IMG/VR virus record: IMGVR_UViG_3300008018_000002
From: a virus
DNA: 37,256 nucleotides
Reading direction: 5' to 3' (one strand)
The notes under the pieces were generated by a model that was not told where the DNA came from, did not search any database, and saw only the letters and a program-made list of their open reading frames with translations. This document shows, one piece after another, positions 15,673 through 25,121 of this stretch (positions are counted from its first letter, which is position 1; each line of letters starts with the position of its first letter). The translations under genes were made by a program, and so were the position numbers.

Positions 15673-16091
15673 CCACTGACAAACTACTAGACGCATGGAA
15701 ACGATGGGTGCAACGCGGAACATCGCTTCCCGTGGCGATGCGCGACGATGCAACCGTGAAGCAATACCCCGGAATCTATATCGAGGGCGACAGCGCATCC
15801 AGGTTTGAATCAGGCGGGGTGCAGGATAGTAATACCTTCACCATCGAATGGGACACGAAGCTCGTAACAACCCCCGGCGAGGACGCGCAGCAAGCGACAA
15901 GCAAGCTGGCACATGGGGGCCTGCGTGATGCAATCTCCGAGCATATCGAATCTTGCCAAGCGGAGCCGTGGATGGATAGCCAAATTGGAATCCGTGTTTT
16001 CCAGCTACTCATAAACACTCCAGAGACAAGCGAGGAGGACGGCTATCGGGTGACGACATGGAAGGGATCTGCGGTCGCTTGCGTAATTTGA
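15669..16091 (+). CDS. head-tail/tail completion protein (by position)
   Basis: ATGA-coupled, 140 aa. Its stop TGA lies inside the TTTGAC of the next promoter-like element. Confidence 0.5.
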   Translation: MTTDKLLDAWKRWVQRGTSLPVAMRDDATVKQYPGIYIEGDSASRFESGGVQDSNTFTIEWDTKLVTTPGEDAQQATSKLAHGGLRDAISEHIESCQAEPWMDSQIGIRVFQLLINTPETSEEDGYRVTTWKGSAVACVI

Positions 16092-16122
16092 CTTTCGCCA
16101 CGGTTCGCGGGAATCTTTTGGC
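16087..16122 (+). promoter_or_regulatory. late promoter-like element, copy 3 (TTTGACTTTCGCC...AATCTT...ATG)
   Basis: TTGACT at 16088-16093, an 18-nt spacer, AATCTT at 16112-16117, then 5 nt and ATG 16123. Confidence 0.6.
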
Positions 16123-16548
16123 ATGGCTGCACGCAACTTTTCCCTATCCCGTTTTGGCACCGTTGATGAGTCTTCGGCAACAGGTCTTTTCCTTGGTGAA
16201 ATTACCTATGATTACCAGTCCGATAAGGTTGACATCAAGAACCACATCAGTTCAACGGTTGGATTCACTCTCGCCGACCCAAGGACGGACGTTAAGCTTT
16301 CCGGCGTAGTCACAACCAAGACGGCTGGATTCACCCCGGCCATTGCGTCGGTTCTTACGCTAGCCAATAGCTCTGCTGACACACTTTCTCTTAACTCCAA
16401 GGGAATCTTTGGAACCCCGGTAGGAAACGCCGGAGTGGTCGTCTATGCCGCAATGCTCAAGCGCGTGAACGGCGATTTCGAGACTGGAGATTGCTCCGGG
16501 ATTTTCCATCCCGAGACTGTTACGAACGCTCCGGTTAGCCTTACCTGA
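16123..16548 (+). CDS. major tail tube protein (by position)
   Basis: 141 aa, Thr/Ser/Gly-rich and beta-like, upstream of the chaperone and tape measure genes. Confidence 0.55.
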   Translation: MAARNFSLSRFGTVDESSATGLFLGEITYDYQSDKVDIKNHISSTVGFTLADPRTDVKLSGVVTTKTAGFTPAIASVLTLANSSADTLSLNSKGIFGTPVGNAGVVVYAAMLKRVNGDFETGDCSGIFHPETVTNAPVSLT

Positions 16549-16566
16549 TCCATAACACCATGAAAT

Positions 16567-17124
16567 ATGACACCGCAACTCTCTACCCATCGAACGGGCG
16601 ACATTAACTTTTTTGCCGCTTGCATGAGCATCGGCATAGCACCGGACTTGATCGAGCCGTCCGAGGTCATCCAATCCGATGATGGGCATGACTACCTATC
16701 GTTTCGGCTTAACTCGGCTTCTGAATGCGGACAATACGTGACCCAGGAAATGAATCGCGCATGGAGCAAACCAGACCATTTCCGGCGTGAGTTCCCATCG
16801 CATCCGTTTGTAATGGTTATGGATTTCGCCAAGTATGCACGCGGAGCTAAGTCAAAGCTTGACTGGATCGAAAAGGGAGCATCGTTCCTTGGCGTGTCCC
16901 GTGACTCGATCCGCAAGGACTTGACCCGAGTGTCCCAGCTTGAATACGAGCTTCCGGACTCGCCGCTGACATACGTGATTTGCTACATCGTCAACCGATG
17001 GGCGGCAATCGCATGGGCGAAATCCGCAATTCCAAAAACCGTAGTTAACGCGGGGCCATCTATCGTGATGCTTGACGGCAACCTACCAAAAAGAAAACAA
17101 CTCGAAATCCTTTCCTACATATGA
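16567..17124 (+). CDS. hypothetical protein (185 aa) inserted between tube and chaperone genes
   Basis: Solid ORF, ATGA-coupled to the chaperone gene. Not part of the canonical tube-G-GT-tape measure order. Confidence 0.55.
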   Translation: MTPQLSTHRTGDINFFAACMSIGIAPDLIEPSEVIQSDDGHDYLSFRLNSASECGQYVTQEMNRAWSKPDHFRREFPSHPFVMVMDFAKYARGAKSKLDWIEKGASFLGVSRDSIRKDLTRVSQLEYELPDSPLTYVICYIVNRWAAIAWAKSAIPKTVVNAGPSIVMLDGNLPKRKQLEILSYI

Positions 17125-17507
17125 AATCAGCACCAGCATACGCAACGCCGCGCACAGTCGCCGGCCAGAAAGTCTATCCATGCGCTTACGGACATATCCA
17201 TTGGCTAACGGAGCGCAAGAACCCCGTAATGACGCAGAAGGGCAACGCCGACGATTACGCGCTGGCGGAAATATGCTTTGCGTTCACGACCGACCCCAAG
17301 AGCCTCCAGAGCATCAAGGGGGCGCAGGCCAAGGCGCGGGTGACCACCTTTCTTATGGAATCAACCAGCAAGTCCCTGGCGGCGTTGTGGACGCACGCAA
17401 GCAAGGAGATCGAGCAATACTTTTCCTCCATGACCGTCCCAAAAAAAGCCCCGGCGCAGGCAACCAAAAGAAGCCGCAAACCTGCGACCCGTGCGCGGAA
17501 GCGGTAA
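17121..17507 (+). CDS. tail assembly chaperone (G analogue)
   Basis: 128-aa ORF immediately upstream of the tape measure gene. Contains a slippery A7 run near its 3' end. Confidence 0.7.
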   Translation: MKSAPAYATPRTVAGQKVYPCAYGHIHWLTERKNPVMTQKGNADDYALAEICFAFTTDPKSLQSIKGAQAKARVTTFLMESTSKSLAALWTHASKEIEQYFSSMTVPKKAPAQATKRSRKPATRARKR

Positions 17508-17716
17508 TCATTTACACTCTCGGAAAATGCAATCTCACCCGCGACCAGATCCTCTATGAACTCCCTGCGTCATTCATCAATCAACTCATGTCCTGTGCAT
17601 GGATCGAGGCCGGACGCGAAATCGAAGGGATCGCGGATCGAGGAAAAACAGCGGAAGATATCCACGCGAAACTATTAGCCATAGCAAGGCGACCGAAACC
17701 TAAATTTGACCTATGA
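17121..17716 (+). CDS. tail assembly chaperone, -1 frameshift fusion product (GT analogue), join(17121..17447,17447..17716), 198 aa
   Basis: The -1 frame is open from the A7 run to 17716 (…PKKSPGAGNQKK…KFDL). Its stop overlaps the tape measure ATG (ATGA at 17713). Confidence 0.7.
17441..17447 (+). promoter_or_regulatory. slippery heptamer A AAA AAA for programmed -1 frameshift
   Basis: The zero-frame codons CCA AAA AAA GCC allow tandem tRNA-Lys slippage. CGCAGG (17455-17460) and CCTGCG (17482-17487) can pair downstream. Confidence 0.65.
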
Positions 17717-19107
17717 GCATCAGCACTACATTTACGCTTAAATTCGCAGGCGCATCCGTCGAGCGAGGACTGAAGCGGGTTCAGTCAGGATTCAAGTCTT
17801 TGGGCGGTGTGGCGCTACGCATCGGAAAAAGTTTGCTTTCTCCGTTTGCGGCGCTGACAGCGATGCTTGGAACTGGCGCTCTAATAGCGGGAATGACTTC
17901 ATTTATTAAATCATCTTCGGAGGCGGCTTCGTCCGTCGAATCCCTAACCACTCAATTCACAACACTCCTTGGGAGCGCGACAGCGGCTAAGGATAGAATG
18001 GAGGAAATCACCAAGTTTGCAGCAAGTACCCCGTTTGAGATCCAGGAGTTAGCGGCAACATCAAGACTATTGGAGGTCATGGGCGGCAGCCTAATATCCA
18101 CTGGCGACGGATTACGTCTTGTAGGTGATGCGGCAGCAATGTCTGGACAAGCCCTCGGAGAGGTTGGTCTTCACATTGGGCGATTGTTTTCCGCCATCAC
18201 ATCCGGCACAAGCGCGGGCGAATCCGTGAACCGACTGCAAGAGCTGGGGCTAATCACCGGAGCTACAAAGATCAGATTTGAGGAGTTGGCGGCAGCACAA
18301 AAGAAGGGAAAGGCGGCAACGCTTACCGGAGCGGAGGCATTGAAGATGCTCCAAGGCGTTATGAGCAAAGCTCAGGGAGGTATGGCGGCGCTATCAGCTA
18401 CGACGGAGGGCAAGCTTTCTAATATGCGAGACAATATCGACCAACTCAAAGTCGCCTTCGGAACAGGCTTCAACGTCGGGCTAAAAAATGCGCTGGATCG
18501 AGTAAACGAGTTTCTTCCAAAGATGATGGAAAAATTCAAGGATTTTGGAAATGAGACAGGAAAGATAATGATCCAGTTAATGGACGCTTTCGAGCAAGGC
18601 AGGCTTGGTGATGTGGTGGAGGCGGCACTTATGGCTGGAGTGACCAGAGCGGGAGAAGAAATGGTTGCGGCCATGGTATTCGCTGGTAACGCCCTTTACG
18701 ACACCATATCGAAAAGAATGAAGGGATCAGAACTAGGTAAGCTATTCAACGCACCTGGAGCGGCTGGTAACACTCCGATATTTAATAAGATGCCAACAGC
18801 ATTAAAAGTAACGGGGCCAGCACAACTAATAAGAGCAGGAGAGGCAGCAATGTCCTTAAATTCTCACTTTAATCAGCAACAAGGCTCCACCGAATCATAT
18901 CAGGATGTAAGGAAAGGCTTTCGAGATGCGTTTGGGTCTGGTGAGTTTACACAGATATTGCGCGAGACAATGCAAAAGCAAGGCAACGTCCCGCAAGCCC
19001 CAGGATACAGATACGCACAGCCAGGCGAACCTGCTACAATTATGGATGGAGAGCGCGTGGTTAGAATACTGGCAAGCATCGAACGCAACCTAGCCCCGCA
19101 ACCATAA
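17713..19107 (+). CDS. tape measure protein
   Basis: 464 aa, Ala/Gly/Leu-rich and helical with hydrophobic segments. Follows the frameshifted chaperone. Confidence 0.8.
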   Translation: MSISTTFTLKFAGASVERGLKRVQSGFKSLGGVALRIGKSLLSPFAALTAMLGTGALIAGMTSFIKSSSEAASSVESLTTQFTTLLGSATAAKDRMEEITKFAASTPFEIQELAATSRLLEVMGGSLISTGDGLRLVGDAAAMSGQALGEVGLHIGRLFSAITSGTSAGESVNRLQELGLITGATKIRFEELAAAQKKGKAATLTGAEALKMLQGVMSKAQGGMAALSATTEGKLSNMRDNIDQLKVAFGTGFNVGLKNALDRVNEFLPKMMEKFKDFGNETGKIMIQLMDAFEQGRLGDVVEAALMAGVTRAGEEMVAAMVFAGNALYDTISKRMKGSELGKLFNAPGAAGNTPIFNKMPTALKVTGPAQLIRAGEAAMSLNSHFNQQQGSTESYQDVRKGFRDAFGSGEFTQILRETMQKQGNVPQAPGYRYAQPGEPATIMDGERVVRILASIERNLAPQP

Positions 19108-19934
19108 TGGCACTCAAGCAATTCCTCAAACCGTCAATCCCTTGGGTTCCACAACCCGGATTCTCAGTCGTCTATAACGAAAACGGCGGAATCGAAGCGT
19201 CGCAGGATGTTCTAATTCGCAACGCCGACCTGCAAGCCGGGTCGGTGCTGACGGCATTTGTTCGCAGAGCTAGATGGGAAACGATCTTCGCAAAGGTTCC
19301 TCCAATCTATCGGAATCTGACGATGAAGACATTCGACCCGACAGACCGGGGAGATGGTTATTCAATCGTTAAATGCACGTTTACCGGCTATCAGTTCGCG
19401 GGCAACGGATCAAGCGGGGAGGAGCAGGAACAGGCGACCAGCACGCTCTCAGGGCAGCTTAATCCTGAATCGCTTTCATCACATCCGAAATGGGAACCGC
19501 TATCCCAAACAGCAAAAACCGTCCTTGGATATTTGATTTCCGGACAATACGTATGGGACGCAAGCGACAGCAAGATCAAGATCATTCAGGAAGACGGCAG
19601 CCTGACTGCAAACGATACGCTTTCCGCATATATAACTGGAGATGCTATCTTTTTTGCGAACATCATCACGGAAGGCGACCAGACATGGGACAAGGGCGGC
19701 TGGACATACAGCTATCACACCGAATCCGAAACAGGATTTACCGAGGCGCAACTAAACGCTCTTGGCAAGATCGTAGCGACACCGCCCGGAGATCCGGTTA
19801 AGCCGAACACCGGATGGACATGGCAGCTTGTTTCACCAAACCAAACTCAGTCGGGGCCAGATAGATTCATGAAAACGCTTGATTTCAGACTTATCCGCGA
19901 CAACACCAAGAACCAATTCCTTTACGGCCCATGA
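19107..19934 (+). CDS. minor tail protein (distal tail position)
   Basis: TAATG overlap with the tape measure stop. 275 aa. Confidence 0.55.
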   Translation: MALKQFLKPSIPWVPQPGFSVVYNENGGIEASQDVLIRNADLQAGSVLTAFVRRARWETIFAKVPPIYRNLTMKTFDPTDRGDGYSIVKCTFTGYQFAGNGSSGEEQEQATSTLSGQLNPESLSSHPKWEPLSQTAKTVLGYLISGQYVWDASDSKIKIIQEDGSLTANDTLSAYITGDAIFFANIITEGDQTWDKGGWTYSYHTESETGFTEAQLNALGKIVATPPGDPVKPNTGWTWQLVSPNQTQSGPDRFMKTLDFRLIRDNTKNQFLYGP

Positions 19935-20503
19935 GACTTTGGTTAAAGGGCAACATCACAATTCCACCTAAGCCCCGCACGGTCGGAGGACTGGTAGTAT
20001 GGGCGCGTGGGGTCAACAGGGCGCTGGCTGAACTACGGGATCGCAAGATCGTCGGCGGCGTTGCTCCGGGGCGAGGTGGCGGTGCATCGCCGCTAAAGCT
20101 TACGCTGAAGCAAGGCACGGAGGCTGACAAATTACAGGTGATTCCCGGCACGGTAAACGGGGAAATGCCGACGCTGGCCGGGACGGCGCTGGACGCAACG
20201 GTTGGCGATCCGGCCTTGCCTCCCGAGATAACCGTAGCGGTAGATACATGGGTATGGATCAAATGCGTTGGGACATTCGGCGACCCGGACACCTACGTTG
20301 TAACGATTGTCACGGAAACCACGGACGCGCCGCCAGCCGGGACGGCAATTTCAGCGACGGGGTTTACCTCGTTTGAAAACATAGGATACATTACGGTTGA
20401 CACTGCGCCCGACCCGGACGCCTACGAGATAACAAATGTCCACGGTGGGGGCAATCTCGGGGTGGATAGCTGGGGTCTCTACAACCATTGGTGGAGGGCG
20501 TAA
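19931..20503 (+). CDS. minor tail protein (by position)
   Basis: ATGA-coupled, 190 aa. Confidence 0.5.
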   Translation: MRLWLKGNITIPPKPRTVGGLVVWARGVNRALAELRDRKIVGGVAPGRGGGASPLKLTLKQGTEADKLQVIPGTVNGEMPTLAGTALDATVGDPALPPEITVAVDTWVWIKCVGTFGDPDTYVVTIVTETTDAPPAGTAISATGFTSFENIGYITVDTAPDPDAYEITNVHGGGNLGVDSWGLYNHWWRA

Positions 20504-20506
20504 CCC

Positions 20507-21265
20507 ATGTCACTGACCCCGAAAGACATACGAGTTGAAGGCCCCGATGTTTTTGGTAATCTGGCTGTTGTGACCTTGGGTGAGCCGTCCGGCATTGATG
20601 CCCCTCCGTTCTATGAGAGCTTCCACGGCGAACTCACAATGAACGGTTCATATTACGGGTCGGGATTTTATTCAAACATCGAGTATGTCTACTCATCCGT
20701 CCTTATGGAAACCCAGGAACTCACCCGGATAGGTCTTCGCGACCCACTTCTGGATGTGATGGCTTTTGAGGAGGGTTACGAGGTAGTCCGTAACACCGAC
20801 CCATCGGGATTTGCTGACATAGGCGGGACAACAGCATCGGCGGATGGGAAATGCGCGGCGTTCTGCGGTTTCGTCCAAGCGCCTTCGGGTCAATTCGTTC
20901 CGCTCTCCGTGCCATGGTTTACTTCCGCTGGCTCGCCGTCTTTTGATCCTGATCCGGGCATCGGGGTCAGGAGAGACCATGACGATGACCCGGTGACTGA
21001 GATCGACATACTGGTGTATCCCTCATTCACAGGCCCCTATTTCACCGGGACAATCGGAGAGTCGGATTTCAGAATGAAATTCGGAGTCCGCGTTACTTTT
21101 TTCACGACGACCGGGGAACTGAACCCGGATGTGAGGAGTTTCGAGGTCGAGGTTGACGTTTCGGCGTGGACAAGTTTCAACTTCCGGGACATCCGAGGAA
21201 CCTACGGAGCGACCAGCTACGACGTAAACGGGATCGAATACGTCTGGAGCATCACGCTAGCTTGA
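20507..21265 (+). CDS. minor tail/baseplate protein (by position)
   Basis: 252-aa ORF starting 3 nt after the upstream stop. Confidence 0.5.
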   Translation: MSLTPKDIRVEGPDVFGNLAVVTLGEPSGIDAPPFYESFHGELTMNGSYYGSGFYSNIEYVYSSVLMETQELTRIGLRDPLLDVMAFEEGYEVVRNTDPSGFADIGGTTASADGKCAAFCGFVQAPSGQFVPLSVPWFTSAGSPSFDPDPGIGVRRDHDDDPVTEIDILVYPSFTGPYFTGTIGESDFRMKFGVRVTFFTTTGELNPDVRSFEVEVDVSAWTSFNFRDIRGTYGATSYDVNGIEYVWSITLA

Positions 21266-21330
21266 TGGCATGGAAAATATCACAGCCCTGTCTTCTTGCT
21301 CGCTGATTGAACCATAATAACTTTTCCCAT

Positions 21331-21350
21331 CGCCCCCCTCGCGGGGGGCG
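21331..21350 (+). other. GC-only hairpin (8-bp stem CGCCCCCC/GGGGGGCG, loop TCGC) without U-tract
   Basis: Lies in the 193-nt gap between 21265 and 21459. May be a terminator or an RNA-stability element. Confidence 0.4.
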
Positions 21351-21423
21351 CGGATTGAAACATAGTGGAAGGAATCTACGCACGATCCAAGGATCAAGGC
21401 AAGCGGGAAGTGAAAGCTTGAAA

Positions 21424-21458
21424 TTTGACTTTCGCCCCAATTCGGAAAAACCTTCGGT
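21424..21458 (+). promoter_or_regulatory. late promoter-like element, copy 4 (TTTGACTTTCGCC...AAACCT...ATG)
   Basis: TTGACT at 21425-21430, a 17-nt spacer, AAACCT at 21448-21453, then 5 nt and ATG 21459. Confidence 0.6.
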
Positions 21459-22325
21459 ATGACTCTTTCCGGCTCAGAAGTCCGATATGGCGTATTGGCA
21501 ACAACAGATCCGAACGCAATCAATGTTTCCGGCTCACAGCAGATCGGAACCGCCCTTTCCACCCTGCGATATGAATACGCGCCAAACGTCGCGTATTCGT
21601 TCGGGATGCTGATTCAAGCTGGCGATACGCTATCAATGGACATGTCCACCGGGATAATCACCGGAACCGTGGCAGGAACGGCGCAAGTCGAAACCGCTAC
21701 GATTGTAGCTGCCGCTGGTGCTACCACGGCGGGCGACCTTAATGTAACGGTTACGAGCGCTCTTGTCACCGGATCACCGCTAGTCATTCCGGTTGCGCTG
21801 CTGCTTACCGATAACACCGCATCACTCGTAGCAGCTAAAGTCCGAACAGCCCTAGGCGCAACCGCAGCTATTACCGATCATTACACGGTTGGCGGCACTG
21901 GGGCTAGCTACTCGCTGACCACATCAGCAGTCGATAAAGCGGCAAACGACGCAACGCTAAACCTCGCTCACGCAAACGGCACATCGGCTGGCATTACGAC
22001 CGCGACCACATCAGCGGACACCACCGCAGGGGTCGGAACAAGTCGGGCGTATAAATTCTCCGGGGTCACTTGGGATGCGACCGACTATGAGGGGCGCGAT
22101 TTGCCGACGATGACAAAGGTTCATTCCGTCCTTATCCGCTCCGCATCAACTGCCGGATCCGTGGTGATTGACGACGCAACGCAATCCATGGACGTTGCCG
22201 TGCCTTTCGTCTCGCTGACAGCAAGCCCCAACGGCGATCACCCATACACGGCGGCGGCGGCACTAACATTCACAGCCGCAACCGCACCGATCACTCTCAT
22301 TGTTGACATTCACGCTGGCGAATAA
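21459..22325 (+). CDS. Ala/Thr-rich structural protein (tail-associated by position)
   Basis: 288 aa with low-complexity A/T/G/V stretches. Has its own promoter-like element. Confidence 0.55.
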   Translation: MTLSGSEVRYGVLATTDPNAINVSGSQQIGTALSTLRYEYAPNVAYSFGMLIQAGDTLSMDMSTGIITGTVAGTAQVETATIVAAAGATTAGDLNVTVTSALVTGSPLVIPVALLLTDNTASLVAAKVRTALGATAAITDHYTVGGTGASYSLTTSAVDKAANDATLNLAHANGTSAGITTATTSADTTAGVGTSRAYKFSGVTWDATDYEGRDLPTMTKVHSVLIRSASTAGSVVIDDATQSMDVAVPFVSLTASPNGDHPYTAAAALTFTAATAPITLIVDIHAGE

Positions 22326-22326
22326 T

Positions 22327-22644
22327 ATGGCCGATACAATCTACCTAATCAGAGGACAAGACCTAGACCTGACGGCTGTATTCAATGATGAAGCTGGCGC
22401 TCCGATTGTGATTGACGAGACCTACACGATCACAAGCTCCATGCGGTCAATGAAGGGGTGCCAGGATTCATTTGCGCTATCTCCCGCTGTTTCCGATGGG
22501 GCCGTGACGATCAACAGGGTGACTGATGACCTTGCAGATCCTAAATATGTTTTCGACATTATCGTAAAGCCATCATCCGGGTCACGCGACATCACCACGC
22601 GGATTTACCTGCAACTTGAGCAACCCATCACCCCATTGACATGA
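22327..22644 (+). CDS. hypothetical tail-region protein (105 aa)
   Basis: First ATG in the ORF (the track start 22300 is TTG). ATGA-coupled to the fibre gene. Confidence 0.5.
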   Translation: MADTIYLIRGQDLDLTAVFNDEAGAPIVIDETYTITSSMRSMKGCQDSFALSPAVSDGAVTINRVTDDLADPKYVFDIIVKPSSGSRDITTRIYLQLEQPITPLT

Positions 22645-24614
22645 GCACCGCCAACGTAACGCAGACCGGACAAGCCTCCACTGTAACCGTAACCGTATCC
22701 CGTGGGCTTCCCGGAATCCCCGGAATCCCCGGAATCCCCGGCACAACCGACTACAACGAGCTAGACAACGTCCCGGAATCGTTCACCCCGTCCCTGCACG
22801 CATCAACGCACGCAACAGGAGGCACCGATCCGATCACGCCCGCCAGCATCGGAGCGGCTACACAGGCCGATATTGACGCAGCAACTAGCGATGCAACGGC
22901 GCTGACGCTAGTTAAGCGCGGCGCAAATGGTGAGGCGGAGTTTGGGGATTCTTCGTTTGAAAACGAATTTTCCGGCAATGGACTTGAAAGCTATTCCTTT
23001 TCTGGAAACGGTCTTTACGGTGAATCGGCCACAGGGGTTGGTGTTCGTGGGGATGGCGGGCTAGGCATCGGCGGTTTTTTTGTGGGGCAGACTCTCCATG
23101 CGGTTTTTGGGATTTCGGGGACTAGTCCTGGATCGTCGTATATTGACTCAAACGGAGCCTACGGATGGAATCGCGCACCGTTCGGCGCGACGCTGAACGC
23201 TCCGGCTGTAACAGCGACTAGGGCATGGACGCTTCCCGACGCATCTGGCACGCTTGAGACCCAAGCCGGAGCCGCCGCGCAGATCGAGGCAATCGCCACG
23301 CCATCATATCTCGACAGGTTCACGCTGCGGGCGGATGCGACCGACATAGTCAACGGCACCACCCCTGAAATCGGCAACCCCTATTTCTTACACCTAACGC
23401 CGACATCGACGGGGAATCCTCCCCGCATCGCCGCGACTGGCGGGCTGGTTGGAAAACCTGGAGTCCCGTCAGCGGAGGGTCTGTTTTATCTCGGCGGGCG
23501 GGTTGTAGAGGGTATCAGGAGTTTTGGGATCGACCTTACATATTCGTCCGTTCCCGGTGGGACTGATGCGCGGCGCGGCGTAACGATGGCGTTTTCACTC
23601 GCCCCCCTGTTCACCGAACTTGGAGCCATCCAATTACCGGCTGACATGTTGCACATCAAACTAAACAACCAAGGGATCTCAAAATTCGGGATCGGGAACG
23701 GCGGAGCTAGTTTTTCCCCAATCGAAAAAATACGCCCAACAAATCCGGGCAACCTTACCCCGTGGACGGCGAGCCAGACCACTGGTGGTGGGATAGTTTT
23801 TGCCAAGCGGTTCCACGTGATTTTTGAGTTCGCACCCGGCGAGTGTCGCATCAAGGCATTTAACCAGACGCACATTTACCGGGATGCGCGGATCGTCGTG
23901 CCGCTCGACTGGTGGTATGAATCGGCTGGAGCGCACACGGACAGCCGTGAATATCCGACCCTCTACGCCGCATGGGCAAACGCCCCTTACATGGATTCCG
24001 CCACGGTAAGCTCCACATTTCTCGGCGAGATTGGAACCAGTGGTCCACTTGTTTTCCCACATTCGTCCGTGTCATTTAACGGGATTACAGTGAATGGGGC
24101 TTTCCTGGCGGGCACCAATATGAGGTTCACCCCATTCGCCGGTTGGGCACCTAAACCCGTGGTGGCCAACCTCGCGACCAAAATCACCAATGACCTGTTA
24201 TCCGGCGCAGGGGATGACTATACGACCGACACACTACTGGCGATGGAAGGGCGGGCGCTCGCTCTCGGCTCGGTTAACACCTACGAAATCACCGGGTTTT
24301 TCGGCAATACTGACAATGACCGGAGGATCGCGATCAGCGAGGAGTTCTCCGGCGATATTTTTGACTCCGGAGTTCTCGCTGCCGCCGACGTGAAAAACCG
24401 GCTCTGGGTGATGCGAATCACTGTGCAGCGCACCGGATCAAACTCAAAACGCTTTATGACCCATTTGGCAATCCACGGTGGACCAAACATCATCCGGACT
24501 GATACTGCATCATCCGCAGCGGCCTCAAACCTGAATTTCCGGACTACATCCGTAGCGGCTGGTGATGTGTCCATCTATACATATTTCGCCCGCACGGAAG
24601 CATACGCGCCGTAG
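22641..24614 (+). CDS. tail fibre protein with short collagen-like repeat
   Basis: GLPGIPGIPGIPGT near the N-terminus. 657 aa, last structural gene before the lysis genes. Confidence 0.7.
   Translation: MSTANVTQTGQASTVTVTVSRGLPGIPGIPGIPGTTDYNELDNVPESFTPSLHASTHATGGTDPITPASIGAATQADIDAATSDATALTLVKRGANGEAEFGDSSFENEFSGNGLESYSFSGNGLYGESATGVGVRGDGGLGIGGFFVGQTLHAVFGISGTSPGSSYIDSNGAYGWNRAPFGATLNAPAVTATRAWTLPDASGTLETQAGAAAQIEAIATPSYLDRFTLRADATDIVNGTTPEIGNPYFLHLTPTSTGNPPRIAATGGLVGKPGVPSAEGLFYLGGRVVEGIRSFGIDLTYSSVPGGTDARRGVTMAFSLAPLFTELGAIQLPADMLHIKLNNQGISKFGIGNGGASFSPIEKIRPTNPGNLTPWTASQTTGGGIVFAKRFHVIFEFAPGECRIKAFNQTHIYRDARIVVPLDWWYESAGAHTDSREYPTLYAAWANAPYMDSATVSSTFLGEIGTSGPLVFPHSSVSFNGITVNGAFLAGTNMRFTPFAGWAPKPVVANLATKITNDLLSGAGDDYTTDTLLAMEGRALALGSVNTYEITGFFGNTDNDRRIAISEEFSGDIFDSGVLAAADVKNRLWVMRITVQRTGSNSKRFMTHLAIHGGPNIIRTDTASSAAASNLNFRTTSVAAGDVSIYTYFARTEAYAP
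22711..22737 (+). repeat. 9-bp tandem repeat CCGGAATCC x3 (encodes GIP repeats)
   Basis: Three perfect adjacent copies plus a partial CCGG. Confidence 0.9.
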
Positions 24615-24665
24615 AGCGCAGGAACTGTAATTGAAAACCCTGCCGATCATCCACCTCTCCGACTC

Positions 24666-25121
24666 ATGAACTGGTTCCAGGAAAAACTCTTCTACTCCGC
24701 AACAGTGATGCTCTCGTCCGGCTGCCTCTGGCTCGGCACCATACTGAGCGTGGGCGATGTCCGGTGGTTATACGCAACCGGAGCTGCCTCGTTGATGACC
24801 AGCGGCTTCGTCGGCCTCGCTCTCCGAAAAGACGGCGACTCCATCCGCATCCTCATCTCCCGGACGGGCATCGGTTTCGTTGGCGGGGTGTTCGGCACAA
24901 AACTGGTGCTCCATTGGTTCTCAGCCCTCGACCATATCCGCGTCCAGTCCGAAACCGACCTCATCCTCCTCTGCGGGATCGCGACGCTGGTCTCCATCGT
25001 CTCCCACACCCTGGGCTACTCCATCATCAAATCCGCCGACGACTCCGCCGCAAACATCGCCAGCCGCCTCCTCGACCGCCTCCTCATGTTCCTCGGAATC
25101 TCCCGCCAGAACAAGCCATGA
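24666..25121 (+). CDS. membrane protein, about 4 TM helices (holin candidate by position)
   Basis: Four hydrophobic segments. First gene of a cassette that ends with a peptidase. Confidence 0.5.
   Translation: MNWFQEKLFYSATVMLSSGCLWLGTILSVGDVRWLYATGAASLMTSGFVGLALRKDGDSIRILISRTGIGFVGGVFGTKLVLHWFSALDHIRVQSETDLILLCGIATLVSIVSHTLGYSIIKSADDSAANIASRLLDRLLMFLGISRQNKP

Noticed and set aside
17072-17716. A 214-aa ORF treated as an independent gene.
   Set aside because: Its 5' half overlaps the end of 16567..17124 and most of the chaperone ORF (17121..17507) and looks Arg/Pro-rich. Only the part downstream of the A7 slippery run is interpreted as coding, reached by a -1 frameshift.
21265-21306. A 13-codon ORF (MAWKISQPCLLAR) overlapping the stop of gene 20507..21265.
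   Set aside because: Too short, with no supporting signal. The gap is better explained by the hairpin plus the promoter-like element.
22303-22326. TTGACATTCACGC near the end of gene 21459..22325, which resembles the late element.
   Set aside because: It lies only 24 nt before ATG 22327, so the -10 position would overlap the start codon. This spacing is inconsistent with the other copies.
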